DNA of 64,000 nucleotides, taken from NCBI GenBank assembly GCA_964383385.1, contig CAYLGW010000006.1, positions 21,113-85,112 of the forward strand, in the 5' to 3' direction. The stretch comes from an uncultured Muribaculaceae bacterium. GTDB taxonomy: Bacteria > Bacteroidota > Bacteroidia > Bacteroidales > UBA932. Under the pieces are notes generated by a model. That model saw only the letters and a list, made by a program, of their open reading frames with translations, ran no database searches and was not told the origin of the DNA. This document shows, piece by piece, positions 17,090 through 28,093 of this stretch; position 1 is the first letter of the stretch, and every line of letters starts with the position of its first letter. Position numbers and translations under genes: made by a program.

Positions 17090-18892
17090 TTATAATAGAC
17101 GGCGATACTGGGCAGGTGTCATGCCGTAAGATTGCTTAAAATTACGAACAAGAGTCAGTAAACTTCCAAAACCACTCTCTTCGGCAACACTTTCAATTGA
17201 TTTGTCGCGATCTGATAGTAGCTCAGTAGCGCGCATAAGCCTTAATTCGGTAATATACCTGGTTAGGGTAGTATTCCGATAGAGGTGTATAGATTGCGCA
17301 ATCAGGTTACGATTGTATCCTATTCTCAAGCAAAGTTCGTCCTGAGTGATGGCAGAAAGAAAAAGTTCCTCCTTTTCAATAGTAGAGACAACTGCACTAT
17401 AGATTACTTCCAATCTTGGATCGTTAGTTGCGTCCACCGCCACTCTCTTATCTGTAATAGAATCTGAAGAGGCCACGCTCTTTTTCAATTGATCGGATCG
17501 TTCCTTCTGCAGTTGCTGCAATTGTTGAATCTGTTTGACCATTTGCTTATTACGTCGCCGTGTATTAGACCATTTAATAGCTAATACTATGGCTATAAGC
17601 AGTATAGAAATTATAACAATAAGATAGAGTTTCAGCCTCAATTGCTGTAATCGAATGGCTTTTTCCTTTTTATGAACATCGTAGATTATAGAGAGTTCAA
17701 GAGCGTTACTCTGGATAATTCTCTTCTGCTCAAGATTCTTGAGATTAAATGCATGTCGTTCGTATTCAAAAGCAACTTGCAAGTTACCGAGCGCCTTTTC
17801 AGATTCAGCCAGTGTCGCAATATTGTCGATAAAGATTTGGGTCAACGTATCGCCCCTTTTACGATCGGCCGCAATATCGGCCTCTGCCATACGATGAACA
17901 TTGCGGTAGTCTCCCACTGCAGAATAATAACGCATCAATACTTGACGTATAGACTTTGATGATTCCGACAAAGATAAATCTACTGTATTAAAGAGAGAAT
18001 CTGCCTGGTGCGACTGACCAAGAAGATGCAAAAAACGCGCAATCTTAATTTTGTTTCCACTTTCTATCTGGGTTATCGCAACCGCCGGCATCTTTTCGGA
18101 ACTGGTACGGATATTTTCTATTGTTCTACCACACACGCGAGCCCATTTAAGAGCAGAATTGTAATCGCCCATCTGATCACAAAGATTCACTATAGCCGCC
18201 ACAATGGCAGTTTGATAGCTCCAACGATGGCGTTCGTCATAATCACAAGAGGCTCTCTTACTAATATCGTAGCCCTCAATAGCTTCGCGCAAAGCATTAT
18301 TAGTATAACCCATTTGATTTAGCACACTAGACATCATAAAATGTAGATAGCCCACCGTAACATAATATACACCTCTCTTCTCAGCATAATCAATTCCGCG
18401 CTGAGCATAATAAATACTACGGTCATAAAAGTTAGCGGAACTGCAGGCGGTCGCAAGTGATTGCAGAATCTCAATAATTGCCTCATCGGGCTTTACGGCA
18501 AATTTATCGGCCAGCTTTAAACAACGCTCCCCGGAATCAATCATTTCGGAGTAGCGAGATAAAAAGGTATAGCAATTCATACGTGCGCGTTCACAATTGA
18601 AGCGATTATCGTTACCGCGCTTTTCAATTTCATCTACAATTTCCAAGCATCGCGCAGGTTGAGTATATTGTAAAATACCGACAGCAGCTACATTAACCAA
18701 TAGAGAGTCCGGAATAGGCTTAATTTTAGCCCCCTTTACCTTACCTGTACGTGATACATTTTCATTAGAAGTAAAGGTGGAAATATTACGATTTTTATAT
18801 TGTTGGTAATTATTTGGTATACAAAAGGCAACAACACTAAAAGTTAAAATTATTGATAAAAAAAATAGCTTTACTATCTTCATGAATTTCAT
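17090..18892 (-). CDS. one-component transmembrane regulator: signal/anchor, extracytoplasmic TPR-like region, TM helix, coiled coil, AraC HTH
   Basis: N-terminal hydrophobic segment, a ~400 aa helical-repeat region, TM (LYLIVIISILLIAIVLAI), a Q-rich coiled coil, and a C-terminal AraC HTH (ESGFGSLLTLVRNFKQSYGMTPAQYRR). Confidence 0.7.
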   Translation of the reverse strand: MKFMKIVKLFFLSIILTFSVVAFCIPNNYQQYKNRNISTFTSNENVSRTGKVKGAKIKPIPDSLLVNVAAVGILQYTQPARCLEIVDEIEKRGNDNRFNCERARMNCYTFLSRYSEMIDSGERCLKLADKFAVKPDEAIIEILQSLATACSSANFYDRSIYYAQRGIDYAEKRGVYYVTVGYLHFMMSSVLNQMGYTNNALREAIEGYDISKRASCDYDERHRWSYQTAIVAAIVNLCDQMGDYNSALKWARVCGRTIENIRTSSEKMPAVAITQIESGNKIKIARFLHLLGQSHQADSLFNTVDLSLSESSKSIRQVLMRYYSAVGDYRNVHRMAEADIAADRKRGDTLTQIFIDNIATLAESEKALGNLQVAFEYERHAFNLKNLEQKRIIQSNALELSIIYDVHKKEKAIRLQQLRLKLYLIVIISILLIAIVLAIKWSNTRRRNKQMVKQIQQLQQLQKERSDQLKKSVASSDSITDKRVAVDATNDPRLEVIYSAVVSTIEKEELFLSAITQDELCLRIGYNRNLIAQSIHLYRNTTLTRYITELRLMRATELLSDRDKSIESVAEESGFGSLLTLVRNFKQSYGMTPAQYRRLL

Positions 18893-18995
18893 ATAGGTAT
18901 AGTTCTAAATTATGATAATGGAACTTACAATTATGCAATAAGGCCCGCAAATTTGGCAATTTTCCGAATTATTGACAAATTTTTTACTACAAAAT

Positions 18996-19050
18996 AGTAT
19001 AAGAAGAGAGGTCAACCGTTAAATTCACGGTCAACCTCTCTTCTTATACT
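18996..19050 (-). terminator. long hairpin terminator downstream of rplQ
   Basis: 17-bp perfect inverted repeat (AGTATAAGAAGAGAGGT / ACCTCTCTTCTTATACT) with extra inner pairing. On the minus strand it is followed by ATTTTGTAGTAAAAAATTT. Confidence 0.75.
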
Positions 19051-19068
19051 ATCCCAAAACGGGATTAA

Positions 19069-19590
19069 TTACTTTGTCTCTTCTGCAGGAGCATCGGCTT
19101 TTGGAGCCTCAGCAACCGGTGCCTCAGACTTAGGAGCTTCTGCCTTTGGAGCAGTTGCTTTCTTAGCACGGCTTCTGCGTGTAGTAGATTTCTTCGCAGC
19201 CTCTTTGCCGGTAGCTGAATTCAATGCAGTTTCGTTGAAATCAACGAACTCGATTAATGCCATATCTGCAGCATCACCTGCACGGAATCCTGTTTTAAGA
19301 ATACGTAAATATCCGCCCGGACGCTCTGCAATTTTAGGAGCTATTACACGGAACATCTCGCTTACAGCCTCTTTTTGTTTCAGATAGCTAAATACTATAC
19401 GGCGAGAATGAGTAGTATCATCTTTACTCTTTGTAATAAGAGGCTCAATATATACTCTAAGAGCCTTTGCTTTTGCCACAGTTGTCTCAATGCGCTTATG
19501 AAGCACGAGAGATGATGCCATGTTTGCAAGCATCGCTTTACGATGGCCGCTCTTGCGTCCCAAATGATTTATTTTTTTATTGTGTCTCAT
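19069..19590 (-). CDS. rplQ: 50S ribosomal protein L17 with an Ala/Lys/Pro-rich C-terminal extension
   Basis: [21 protein letters not shown]... L17 signature, at the last position of the alpha operon. Confidence 0.95.
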   Translation of the reverse strand: MRHNKKINHLGRKSGHRKAMLANMASSLVLHKRIETTVAKAKALRVYIEPLITKSKDDTTHSRRIVFSYLKQKEAVSEMFRVIAPKIAERPGGYLRILKTGFRAGDAADMALIEFVDFNETALNSATGKEAAKKSTTRRSRAKKATAPKAEAPKSEAPVAEAPKADAPAEETK

Positions 19591-20588
19591 TTTTTCTTCT
19601 TAACTTCAATATTATACTTACTAACATCCATACCGAAGGTCAATTTAAGTCTATCCATCAGCATGTCTATTTCTGTTAACGATTTCTTACCGAAATTTCT
19701 GAATTTCATAAGATCCGGACGCAAGTGCGACACAAGATCTGCAAATGTCTCTATTTCGGCAGCCTTCAAGCAATTCAATGCCCTTACAGAAAGTTCCATA
19801 TCGGAAAGTTTAGTAAGAAGCAAGTGACGCATACGCAGTGATTCCTCATCCAACTCATTGGTTACAACCTCTTTTGCCTTCTCCATACTTATCTTCTCAT
19901 CTGAGAAGAGCATAAAGTGATAAATAAGAATTTTTGCAGCCTCCTTAAGAGCCTCCTTTGGATGAATAGATCCGTCGGTGGTAATCTCAAGGTTGAGTTT
20001 TTCATAATCGGTCTTTTGCTCAACACGCCAGTCCTCAATAGAATACTTCACATTCTTAATTGGTGTGAAGATAGAATCGATAGGAATAGTACCGAATGGA
20101 GTACCTTCTACCTTATTCTCTTCTGCAAGAATAAAACCTCTGCCTTTACCAATTTTTATGTCGATAACAAATTTAACCGAAGGCTCCATTGTGCAAATCT
20201 TCAACTCCGGATTGAGTACCTTAAATGAGGAGAGGCTTTTTGAAATATCCTCAGCAGTGAACTCCTGTTTACCGCTAATTGATACGGTAACAGATTCACC
20301 CTCTTCAGCATCAATCATCCTTCTGAAACGAACTTGTTTTAGATTAAGAATTATGTCTACAACACTTTCTATAACTCCTGGGATAGTGGCAAACTCATGA
20401 TCTACACCATGAATCTTTATAGAGGTAATTGCAAAGCCCTCTAAAGAGGATAAAAGAATCCTTCTGAGAGCATTGCCAATAGTAGTACCATATCCTGGTT
20501 CAAGAGGTCTAAACTCAAATTTCCCAAAAGTTTCGGTTGAGTCGAGCATTATTACCTTGTCAGGTTTTTGAAATGCTAATATTGCCAT
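19587..20588 (-). CDS. rpoA: DNA-directed RNA polymerase subunit alpha
   Basis: 333 aa with typical NTD and CTD sequence ([11 protein letters not shown]..., [11 protein letters not shown]), located between rpsD and rplQ. Confidence 0.97.
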   Translation of the reverse strand: MAILAFQKPDKVIMLDSTETFGKFEFRPLEPGYGTTIGNALRRILLSSLEGFAITSIKIHGVDHEFATIPGVIESVVDIILNLKQVRFRRMIDAEEGESVTVSISGKQEFTAEDISKSLSSFKVLNPELKICTMEPSVKFVIDIKIGKGRGFILAEENKVEGTPFGTIPIDSIFTPIKNVKYSIEDWRVEQKTDYEKLNLEITTDGSIHPKEALKEAAKILIYHFMLFSDEKISMEKAKEVVTNELDEESLRMRHLLLTKLSDMELSVRALNCLKAAEIETFADLVSHLRPDLMKFRNFGKKSLTEIDMLMDRLKLTFGMDVSKYNIEVKKKK

Positions 20589-20629
20589 TATTATTAATTT
20601 TTTATTTGTAGGCCTAACAGCCCGCGTTA

Positions 20630-21235
20630 TTATTTAGAGTATAACTCAACGATAAGTTGTTCGTTGATTGTTTCAGGTATCTCCGTTCTTACAGGCATAT
20701 TAAGGAATTTACCTGATAACGAAGCAGCGTCCCACTCTAACCAAGAGCATTTATTAGTTCTTGCATTGAGGCTATCCTGAATTACCTCGAGGCTTTTTGA
20801 TCTCTCGCGAACCCCGATGATATCTCCGGGTTTCACTAACCTCGATGCTATACTGCAGACATTACCATTTACAATAACATGATTATGGTTTACAAGTTGT
20901 CTTGCAGCTGCACGAGTAGGAGCAATGCCCAATCTGAATACCATATTATCTAAACGAGACTCTAACAATAACAGCAAGTTCTCACCCTTAATACCCTTCA
21001 TTTTAGAGGCCTTTTCGTAAAGATTACGGAACTGTCTCTCAAGGATACCATAGGTAGATTTAACTTTTTGCTTTTCCTTTAACTGAACGCCATACTCAGA
21101 GGATTTTTTTCTCTTTCTTGCCAATCCGTGTTGCCCCGGAGGAAAGCTTTTGCGTTCATAACTTTTATCGGCGCCGAAGATCGGCTCTCCAAATTTACGG
21201 GCAACTTTTGTTGACGGCCCGGTATATCTTGCCAT
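20630..21235 (-). CDS. rpsD: 30S ribosomal protein S4
   Basis: [20 protein letters not shown]... and operon position. Confidence 0.96.
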   Translation of the reverse strand: MARYTGPSTKVARKFGEPIFGADKSYERKSFPPGQHGLARKRKKSSEYGVQLKEKQKVKSTYGILERQFRNLYEKASKMKGIKGENLLLLLESRLDNMVFRLGIAPTRAAARQLVNHNHVIVNGNVCSIASRLVKPGDIIGVRERSKSLEVIQDSLNARTNKCSWLEWDAASLSGKFLNMPVRTEIPETINEQLIVELYSK

Positions 21236-21264
21236 ATTATTTTAATTTTAAATTTTACGAAAAA

Positions 21265-21657
21265 TTATACTCTACGACGACCTTTAGGTCTACAACCATT
21301 GTGTGGAAGTGGAGTAACATCGACAATCTCTGTTACCTCAATCCCGGCGCCGTGAATTGTACGGATTGCAGATTCACGTCCTGCACCCGGGCCCTTCACA
21401 AAAGCCTTAACTTTACGTAATCCTGCATCAAAAGCTGTTTTAGCGCAATCTGCTGCTGCAACTTGAGCTGCATAAGGAGTGTTCTTCTTAGAACCTCTGA
21501 ACCCCATCTTACCTGCAGATGACCAACTAATAACTTGGCCGCCGCCATTGGTAAGGGTAATTATAACGTTGTTGAAAGTAGATGAAATATGAGCTTCGCC
21601 ATAAGCCTCAACTTTAACAACTCTTTTTTTATTGGATGTTCCTGTTTTCTTTGCCAT
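21265..21657 (-). CDS. rpsK: 30S ribosomal protein S11
   Basis: [28 protein letters not shown]...[14 protein letters not shown]. Confidence 0.96.
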   Translation of the reverse strand: MAKKTGTSNKKRVVKVEAYGEAHISSTFNNVIITLTNGGGQVISWSSAGKMGFRGSKKNTPYAAQVAAADCAKTAFDAGLRKVKAFVKGPGAGRESAIRTIHGAGIEVTEIVDVTPLPHNGCRPKGRRRV

Positions 21658-21668
21658 AATCTTAGGTC

Positions 21669-22046
21669 CTATTTAGTTGCTTTTTTCTTATTAGCTACTG
21701 TCTTCTTCTTGCCTTTACGCGTACGCGCATTATTCTTGGTACTTTGTCCCCTTACAGGAAGTCCAAGTCTATGACGAATACCTCTGTAACAGCCAATATC
21801 CATAAGACGTTTGATGTTTAATTGAATGGTTGAACGAAGTTCACCCTCAATTTTATACTCTTCCGCAATGGTTGCCCTAATTGCGGCGATTTGGTCATCT
21901 GTCCAGTCTTGCACCTTTGTATCAAAATCGATTTCGTTTTTGCTGAGGATGCTTCTGGCAGAATTGCGACCAATTCCAAAGATATAGGTTAAACCTATCT
22001 CTCCACGTTTGTTTTTTGGTAAATCAACTCCGGCTATACGTGCCAT
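21669..22046 (-). CDS. rpsM: 30S ribosomal protein S13
   Basis: [26 protein letters not shown]... Confidence 0.96.
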   Translation of the reverse strand: MARIAGVDLPKNKRGEIGLTYIFGIGRNSARSILSKNEIDFDTKVQDWTDDQIAAIRATIAEEYKIEGELRSTIQLNIKRLMDIGCYRGIRHRLGLPVRGQSTKNNARTRKGKKKTVANKKKATK

Positions 22047-22083
22047 AATATCTTGTTTTTTTCTTTATTGTTTACTATATAAA

Positions 22084-22200
22084 CTATTTCTGGCGCATTT
22101 TAAACTTAGGATTCTTTTTACAAATCACATATAAACGGCCTTTACGCTTAACTATTTTGCAGTCTTCACTACGTTTTTTGATGGATACTTTTACTTTCAT
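22084..22200 (-). CDS. rpmJ: 50S ribosomal protein L36
   Basis: Absent from the ORF track (under 60 aa). My translation is [38 protein letters not shown], between infA and rpsM. Confidence 0.9.
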   Translation of the reverse strand: MKVKVSIKKRSEDCKIVKRKGRLYVICKKNPKFKMRQK

Positions 22201-22212
22201 TGTATTAAATTT

Positions 22213-22431
22213 TTATTTGTATCTGAAAGAAATTCTTCCTTTTGTCAAATCATAAGGTGACATTTCTACTCTCACCTTATCGCCCGGCAGGATTCTGATA
22301 TAATGCATCCTCATCTTGCCTGAGATATGTGCAATTATAACATGTCCGTTGTCAAGTTCAACTTTGAACATAGCATTGGACAATGACTCTACTATTGTAC
22401 CATCTTTCTCTATAGCTGTTTGTTTTGACAT
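22213..22431 (-). CDS. infA: translation initiation factor IF-1
   Basis: 72 aa, ...[46 protein letters not shown]. Confidence 0.96.
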   Translation of the reverse strand: MSKQTAIEKDGTIVESLSNAMFKVELDNGHVIIAHISGKMRMHYIRILPGDKVRVEMSPYDLTKGRISFRYK

Positions 22432-22457
22432 ATAATATTATATTCCTTTGTAGTTTA

Positions 22458-23228
22458 CTACTTTTTTAAATTTTTAATATATTCATAAGAGGTCAGAATC
22501 TCAGATTTTCCCTCTCTGACCACTACCATAAACTCAAAATGCGCCGAATTTTTTCCATCTTCGGTCTTAATCTCCCAATTATTACCCTCTACATAAATAT
22601 GCTTTGTTCCAATATTAATCATAGGTTCAATACATATTGTCATGCCGTCAACCAATTTTTTACCTTGGCCCGACATTCCGTAGTTGGGAATTTCTGGAGT
22701 TTCATGCATTTTGCGTCCAATCCCGTGACCAACCATCTCTCTCACAACCGAAAAACCGAAACTTTCACAATATTGCTGAACGGTATGGCCAATATCGCCG
22801 ATCCTTTTTCCGGCAACCGCTTGTTCGGCACCAAGATACAACGATTTTTCCGTAACTTCAAGCAATTTTTTAGTCTCTTCACTCACCTCTCCTACGGCAA
22901 AGGTATAAGCAGAATCTCCGTTATAGCCCTTGTAAAGAGTTCCACAGTCTATTGAGACAATATCTCCCTCTTTTAATCGGTACTGCGACGGAAAACCATG
23001 CACCACCGTATCATTTACTGAGACACATATTGAATAGGGAAACCCTTCGTAATTGAGGAAACTCGGGATAGCACCATTGTCTCTAATGTAGGTATCGGCA
23101 ACTTTGTTGAGCTCCATTGTCGTTACGCCGGGAGCTATTGCTTTGCCTACTTCGGCCAAAGTTTTGGAGACCATTATGGCGTTCTCTCTAAGTAATTCGA
23201 TTTCTTCTTCGCTTTTGACTCTTATCAT
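22458..23228 (-). CDS. map: type I methionyl aminopeptidase
   Basis: Metal-ligand contexts VVHG, DIVSIDCG, DSAYTF, VGHGIG, ICIEP and EF/E, at the position between secY and infA. Confidence 0.93.
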   Translation of the reverse strand: MIRVKSEEEIELLRENAIMVSKTLAEVGKAIAPGVTTMELNKVADTYIRDNGAIPSFLNYEGFPYSICVSVNDTVVHGFPSQYRLKEGDIVSIDCGTLYKGYNGDSAYTFAVGEVSEETKKLLEVTEKSLYLGAEQAVAGKRIGDIGHTVQQYCESFGFSVVREMVGHGIGRKMHETPEIPNYGMSGQGKKLVDGMTICIEPMINIGTKHIYVEGNNWEIKTEDGKNSAHFEFMVVVREGKSEILTSYEYIKNLKK

Positions 23229-23247
23229 TTCAAATGAACTATTAAAA

Positions 23248-24570
23248 TCACATACCCGTACGGCCCTTAAGACGTCCTGTCTTCATTAAGCCGTCGTAGT
23301 GGCGCATAAGCAAATAACTTTCTATCTGCTGGAGAGTATCAAGAACAACTCCCACAAGAATCAGCAAACTCGTACCTCCATAGAAGTGAGCAAACTGGTT
23401 ATTGACACCCAATTTCATGGCAAAAGCAGGTAAAATTGCTATAATCGCCAAGAAAAATGAGCCCGGAAGTGTAATGCGTGACATCACTGAGTCCAGATAA
23501 TCCGCGGTCTTTTTTCCGGGTTTGATGCCGGGAATAAAACCACCGTTTTTCTTCATGTCTTCAGCCATCATAGTTGGATTAACAGTTACTGCGGTGTAGA
23601 AGTATGTAAAGGCAACTACCATAAAACCGAATATGAAATTATACCAGAAGCCTGTGTAGTTACCTAAAGTGGCGGCTAATCCACGGGTAGCATCAAAGCT
23701 TGCAAATATAAGCGGGAATAACATAAGCGCCTGCGCAAAGATTATAGGCATTACTCCTGCCGCATTAATCTTTAACGGAATATACTGACGTACTCCACCA
23801 TATTGTTTGTTACCAATAATTCTCTTAGCGTACTGTACCGGAATCTTGCGTGTACCTTGCACAAGTGCAATTGTAGCAACAAAGACAAAGAACAAAATAA
23901 TCAACTCGACAATAAGCATCAAGAAACTTCCTGTTGTCTGGTTCATCTTTGTTCCGAACTCCGCTGCAAGTGCATAAGGCAATCTCGCAATGATACCTAT
24001 CATAATGATCAGGGATATACCGTTGCCTAAGCCGCGATCGGTAATACGTTCACCCAGCCACATTATAAACATTGTACCTCCAATAAGAACTATAGTAGCA
24101 AAAAAGTTGAAAGAAAAACCTTTTATTAAGAATGCCGTCTCAGGTAACTGAGCATGAAGGTTTGTAAGATAAGCCGGACCTTGAAGTGCAAGAATCACAA
24201 TGGTTAGATAACGTGTCCATTGATTCATCTTCCTTCTCCCGCTCTCTCCCTCTCTCTGCATTCTCTGGAAATACGGAACCATAATACCCATCAGCTGAAT
24301 CACAATAGAAGCAGATATATAAGGCATAACTCCCAACGCAAAGATGGAGGCATTACTAAAAGCACCTCCTGAAAACATATTCAACAAACCAAGCAAACCA
24401 TTATTTTCTGCTTGAGTCTGTAGAGCATCCAATTGCGTAGGGTCGATTCCGGGAACAACGATAAAACATCCGAGTCTGTATACAAGAATAAGGAGTACAG
24501 TATATACGATCCTCTTCCGAAGCTCTTCAATTTTAAAAATGTTCTTTATTGTATCAATTAATTTCTTCAT
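23248..24570 (-). CDS. secY: preprotein translocase subunit SecY
   Basis: 440 aa, 10-TM pattern, LGVMPYISASIV and GTSLLI motifs. Confidence 0.96.
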   Translation of the reverse strand: MKKLIDTIKNIFKIEELRKRIVYTVLLILVYRLGCFIVVPGIDPTQLDALQTQAENNGLLGLLNMFSGGAFSNASIFALGVMPYISASIVIQLMGIMVPYFQRMQREGESGRRKMNQWTRYLTIVILALQGPAYLTNLHAQLPETAFLIKGFSFNFFATIVLIGGTMFIMWLGERITDRGLGNGISLIIMIGIIARLPYALAAEFGTKMNQTTGSFLMLIVELIILFFVFVATIALVQGTRKIPVQYAKRIIGNKQYGGVRQYIPLKINAAGVMPIIFAQALMLFPLIFASFDATRGLAATLGNYTGFWYNFIFGFMVVAFTYFYTAVTVNPTMMAEDMKKNGGFIPGIKPGKKTADYLDSVMSRITLPGSFFLAIIAILPAFAMKLGVNNQFAHFYGGTSLLILVGVVLDTLQQIESYLLMRHYDGLMKTGRLKGRTGM

Positions 24571-24577
24571 TTTAAGC

Positions 24578-25024
24578 TCAGATTACGTTTACTGTTCCCT
24601 TTGCAGATTCTATCTTTGCAACAGCAGATTTAGAAAAAGCATGAGCAGAAACATTTAATTGCGCCTTCAACTCTCCATTACCCAAAATTTTTACTAAATC
24701 CTTTTTTGAGACCAAACCGTACTCAACCATACTATCAACAGTAATCTCGTTGATTCCGTGTTTCTCGCTCAAATTTTGAAGTATAGAAACATTAATGGCC
24801 TTATATTCAATCCTGTTGGGATTTGTGAATCCATATTTAGGCAGACGTCTTTGAATAGGCATCTGACCTCCTTCAAAACCAGCCTTGCTGGAATATCCGG
24901 ATCTTGATTTGGCACCATTCATACCACGGGTAGATGTTCCTCCATGTCCGGAACCCTCACCGCGACCGATTCTCTTTTCTCTGGAAGTAGAACCTTCTGA
25001 TGGTTTTAATGTATGTAATTTCAT
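24578..25024 (-). CDS. rplO: 50S ribosomal protein L15
   Basis: MKLHTLKPSEGS...RIGRGEGSGHGGTSTRG. Confidence 0.95.
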   Translation of the reverse strand: MKLHTLKPSEGSTSREKRIGRGEGSGHGGTSTRGMNGAKSRSGYSSKAGFEGGQMPIQRRLPKYGFTNPNRIEYKAINVSILQNLSEKHGINEITVDSMVEYGLVSKKDLVKILGNGELKAQLNVSAHAFSKSAVAKIESAKGTVNVI

Positions 25025-25038
25025 CTTTAAATCTCCTA

Positions 25039-25221
25039 TTAGCTAATTTCTTCAACTTTGACAAGGTGTAATACCTTCTCTATCATACCCTTGTTTACAG
25101 GATTCAATTCCATCTCAACAGATTGATTAATTCTCCTGATACCTAAAGATTGTAGGCAAGCAATCTGGCGTTTTGTAGAGCCATTTTTACTTACGATCTG
25201 AGTTATTTTAACTTTTCCCAT
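25039..25221 (-). CDS. rpmD: 50S ribosomal protein L30
   Basis: 60 aa, KVKITQIVSKNGSTKRQ...LGIRRINQ. Confidence 0.93.
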   Translation of the reverse strand: MGKVKITQIVSKNGSTKRQIACLQSLGIRRINQSVEMELNPVNKGMIEKVLHLVKVEEIS

Positions 25222-25233
25222 ATTATTGCCTCC

Positions 25234-25752
25234 TTAACCTTTAAATACTTTATTCATCTGTATACCTCTCAAACCTGCAATTGTATATGCATCACGTAAT
25301 TCCGACAATGCTATTATAGTAGCCTTGACAAGATTGTGAGGGTTTGAAGAGCCTTTTGATTTAGCAAGCACATCATGAATTCCTACCGACTCAAATACGG
25401 CACGCATAGCACCACCGGCCTTTACTCCGGTACCGGGAGCCGCAGGTTTCATAAATACACTCGCACCACCGAATTTTGCTGTCTGCTCATGAGGAATAGT
25501 CTCTTTCTGAACAGGAACTTTTACAAGATTCTTCTTAGCATCCTCAATACCTTTTGATATTGCGGTAGTAACCTCATTGGCTTTTCCCAATCCATATCCT
25601 ACAATACTCTTCTCATCGCCAACAACAACTATTGCAGCAAAACTGAAATGACGTCCTCCTTTAGTAACCTTAGTTACTCTTCTTACGGCTACAAGTCTGT
25701 CCTTTAATTCGAGGTCAGCAGCCTTAACCTTTTTGATATTCATATTTGCCAT
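25234..25752 (-). CDS. rpsE: 30S ribosomal protein S5
   Basis: [32 protein letters not shown] chose the start MANMNIKK at 25752; the longer ORF would overlap rplR. Confidence 0.94.
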   Translation of the reverse strand: MANMNIKKVKAADLELKDRLVAVRRVTKVTKGGRHFSFAAIVVVGDEKSIVGYGLGKANEVTTAISKGIEDAKKNLVKVPVQKETIPHEQTAKFGGASVFMKPAAPGTGVKAGGAMRAVFESVGIHDVLAKSKGSSNPHNLVKATIIALSELRDAYTIAGLRGIQMNKVFKG

Positions 25753-25759
25753 AGTCAAC

Positions 25760-26122
25760 TTAGAATTTAAGACCACCCTCGCGAGCGGCGTCAGCCAAAT
25801 TTTTAACTCTTCCATGATAAAGGTAACCTCCGCGGTCAAATGCAACCTCGGTGATTCCTTTTGCTATTGCACGCTCAGCAGCAGCCTTTCCAACTATAGA
25901 GGCAACCTCCATATTTGTTTTTCCTTTTGTCTGCTCTGCTATAGTCTTATCCATAGAAGACGCAGCAGCGATTGTTACGCTGTTAACATCATCTATAAAC
26001 TGAACGTATATCTGCTTGTTGCTTCTATATACGCACATTCTCGGTCTCTGGGCAGTACCACTGACTGCCTTACGAATACGGTAATGTATTCTCTTTCTTC
26101 TTTCTATTTTAGTTAATGCCAT
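25760..26122 (-). CDS. rplR: 50S ribosomal protein L18
   Basis: [34 protein letters not shown]...[13 protein letters not shown]. Confidence 0.95.
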   Translation of the reverse strand: MALTKIERRKRIHYRIRKAVSGTAQRPRMCVYRSNKQIYVQFIDDVNSVTIAAASSMDKTIAEQTKGKTNMEVASIVGKAAAERAIAKGITEVAFDRGGYLYHGRVKNLADAAREGGLKF

Positions 26123-26136
26123 ATACCTTCTCCTTA

Positions 26137-26697
26137 TTATTTAGCGCTTGCCGACTTACCTGCCTTACGACGTAACTGTTCGCCAACAAACTTAATACCT
26201 TTACCCTTATAAGGTTCAGGCTTACGTAATGAACGTACTTTAGCTGCAACAACTCCAAGCAATTGTTTATCGAAACTTTTTAAAACAAGGACAGGATTAG
26301 CTCCTTTTTTTACAGGCTCAGCCTCAGCTTTAACCTCTTTAGGAATCATGAAATGAATATCATGAGAATAACCCAAACTCATTTCGAGAATCTGTCCCTT
26401 AACTTCAACACGGTAACCGACACCCACCAACTCTTGTTTAATAGTGAAGCCTTCTGAGACTCCTACTACCATGTTGTGGATGAGAGCGCGGTATAATCCA
26501 TGCATAGAACGATGGCGCGGTTGATTCGTAGGTCTTGATACGTTAACTACGCCTCCCTCCAGAGCGACCTTGATATCAGGGTCAACTTTCTGAGACAATT
26601 CGCCCAGAGGTCCTTTGACCTTAACCACATTATTAGCATCAATTGTTATATTGACACTTTGCGGAAGGCTTACAGGTAATTTTCCAATTCGTGACAT
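26137..26697 (-). CDS. rplF: 50S ribosomal protein L6
   Basis: [12 protein letters not shown]...GYSHDI... Confidence 0.95.
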   Translation of the reverse strand: MSRIGKLPVSLPQSVNITIDANNVVKVKGPLGELSQKVDPDIKVALEGGVVNVSRPTNQPRHRSMHGLYRALIHNMVVGVSEGFTIKQELVGVGYRVEVKGQILEMSLGYSHDIHFMIPKEVKAEAEPVKKGANPVLVLKSFDKQLLGVVAAKVRSLRKPEPYKGKGIKFVGEQLRRKAGKSASAK

Positions 26698-26713
26698 TTA
26701 TTAGATATTTAAA

Positions 26714-27121
26714 TTAGTAAACAAAACATAAAACTTCGCCGCCGATATTCATCTCTTTGGCCTCTTTGTCTGTAATAATGCCCTTTGAGGTTGAGATAAT
26801 TGCTATTCCCAAACCATTGAGGACTCTTGGCATTTCATCAACACCGGCATAGTTTCTCAAACCCGGACGGCTGATACGTTTGATCTGTTTGATCGCCGGT
26901 TTCTTTGTCTCAGGATGATATTTGAGAGCTATTTTGATGACATCGTACGGTTTTTCTATAGATGCAGCATCTATAACCTTATAGCTGAGGATATATCCCT
27001 TCTCGTGCAAAACGCGGGTTATCTCCTTTTTCATTTTTGATGCGGGAATCTCAACAGTCTTATGACCTGCTAAGTACGCATTACGAACTCTTGTTAGAAA
27101 ATCTGATATTGGATCAGTCAT
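26714..27121 (-). CDS. rpsH: 30S ribosomal protein S8
   Basis: MTDPISDFLTRVRNA... I chose the start at 27121 rather than the upstream in-frame extension. Confidence 0.94.
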   Translation of the reverse strand: MTDPISDFLTRVRNAYLAGHKTVEIPASKMKKEITRVLHEKGYILSYKVIDAASIEKPYDVIKIALKYHPETKKPAIKQIKRISRPGLRNYAGVDEMPRVLNGLGIAIISTSKGIITDKEAKEMNIGGEVLCFVY

Positions 27122-27202
27122 ATTGATTAAATTTAAATGTACCGACACAATTAAGTGCCCGATATCCAATTGTTAATAATTATTTCACCTGTGTGGTTAT
27201 TC

Positions 27203-27472
27203 CTACCAACTTGCCTTGTGAACTCCAGGAATAAGACCTTTACTGGCCATCTCACGGAATTGAATACGGCTTATACCGAAAATACGCATATATCCTTTTG
27301 GTCTACCGGTGAGTGAACAACGGTTATGCAATCTTGTAGGACATGAATTTTTTGGTAATTTAGCCAATCCGGCATAATCACCCTCTTCTTTCAGCTGTTT
27401 GCGTTTTTCAGCATACTTGGCACATAATTTAGCGCGTTTTACCTCGCGAGCTTTCATTGATTCTTTTGCCAT
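27203..27472 (-). CDS. rpsN: 30S ribosomal protein S14
   Basis: 89 aa, [13 protein letters not shown]...[24 protein letters not shown]...KASW. Confidence 0.94.
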   Translation of the reverse strand: MAKESMKAREVKRAKLCAKYAEKRKQLKEEGDYAGLAKLPKNSCPTRLHNRCSLTGRPKGYMRIFGISRIQFREMASKGLIPGVHKASW

Positions 27473-27484
27473 TGTATCTCCTTA

Positions 27485-28093
27485 TTATTTCTTGTTATTT
27501 TTAAAAGGCAATCCGAATTCGCGAAGAAGCGCACTTGCAACTTCATCCTTATCGGATGTGGTAACGAATGTTATTTCCATTCCAAAAATTTTGGTAATCT
27601 TGTCGATATCTATCTCAGGGAAAATAATCTGCTCTTTAATACCAAGAGTGTAATTTCCTCTGCCGTCGAATTTCTCATTTATACCATTAAAATCTCTGAT
27701 ACGAGGAAGAGAGACAGTAATAAGTCTTTCCAAGAACTCATACATCTTTGTCCCGCGAAGAGTCACTTTAACGCCGATAGGAGTTCCCTTACGGAGTTTG
27801 AAGTTTGATATATCCTTCTTAGAATATGTCAATACAGCCTTTTGACCGGTTATTACAGAAAGTTCAGTTTGAGCAACCTCAACAAGTTTTTTATCTCCTG
27901 TAGCCTGGCCTACGCCCTGATTGATTGTAATCTTCTCCAATTTCGGAACCTGCATAACAGATTTGAAACTGAAATTTTTCATCATTTTACCTACAATCTC
28001 TTCTTTATATTTTTTCTGTAAGGAAGGAATATATCCCTTAACCTTAACCTGCTCACCCTTCGGTGCTGCAGCTTTTGTCTTCTTTTCTGCCAT
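27485..28093 (-). CDS. rplE: 50S ribosomal protein L5 (with a Lys/Ala-rich N-terminal extension)
   Basis: [28 protein letters not shown]...[10 protein letters not shown]...[16 protein letters not shown]. Confidence 0.94.
   Translation of the reverse strand: MAEKKTKAAAPKGEQVKVKGYIPSLQKKYKEEIVGKMMKNFSFKSVMQVPKLEKITINQGVGQATGDKKLVEVAQTELSVITGQKAVLTYSKKDISNFKLRKGTPIGVKVTLRGTKMYEFLERLITVSLPRIRDFNGINEKFDGRGNYTLGIKEQIIFPEIDIDKITKIFGMEITFVTTSDKDEVASALLREFGLPFKNNKK

Noticed and set aside
25753-25845. N-terminal extensions are suggested by the ORF track for rpsE (and similarly for rpsH to 27169, rplX to 28431, deoC to 16821, the M19 dipeptidase to 34391, and the 247-aa protein from 9244).
   Set aside because: The extensions overlap the upstream gene, begin with TTG or GTG, or precede a clean signal peptide or the conserved N-terminus. 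The internal ATG starts match known family N-termini.
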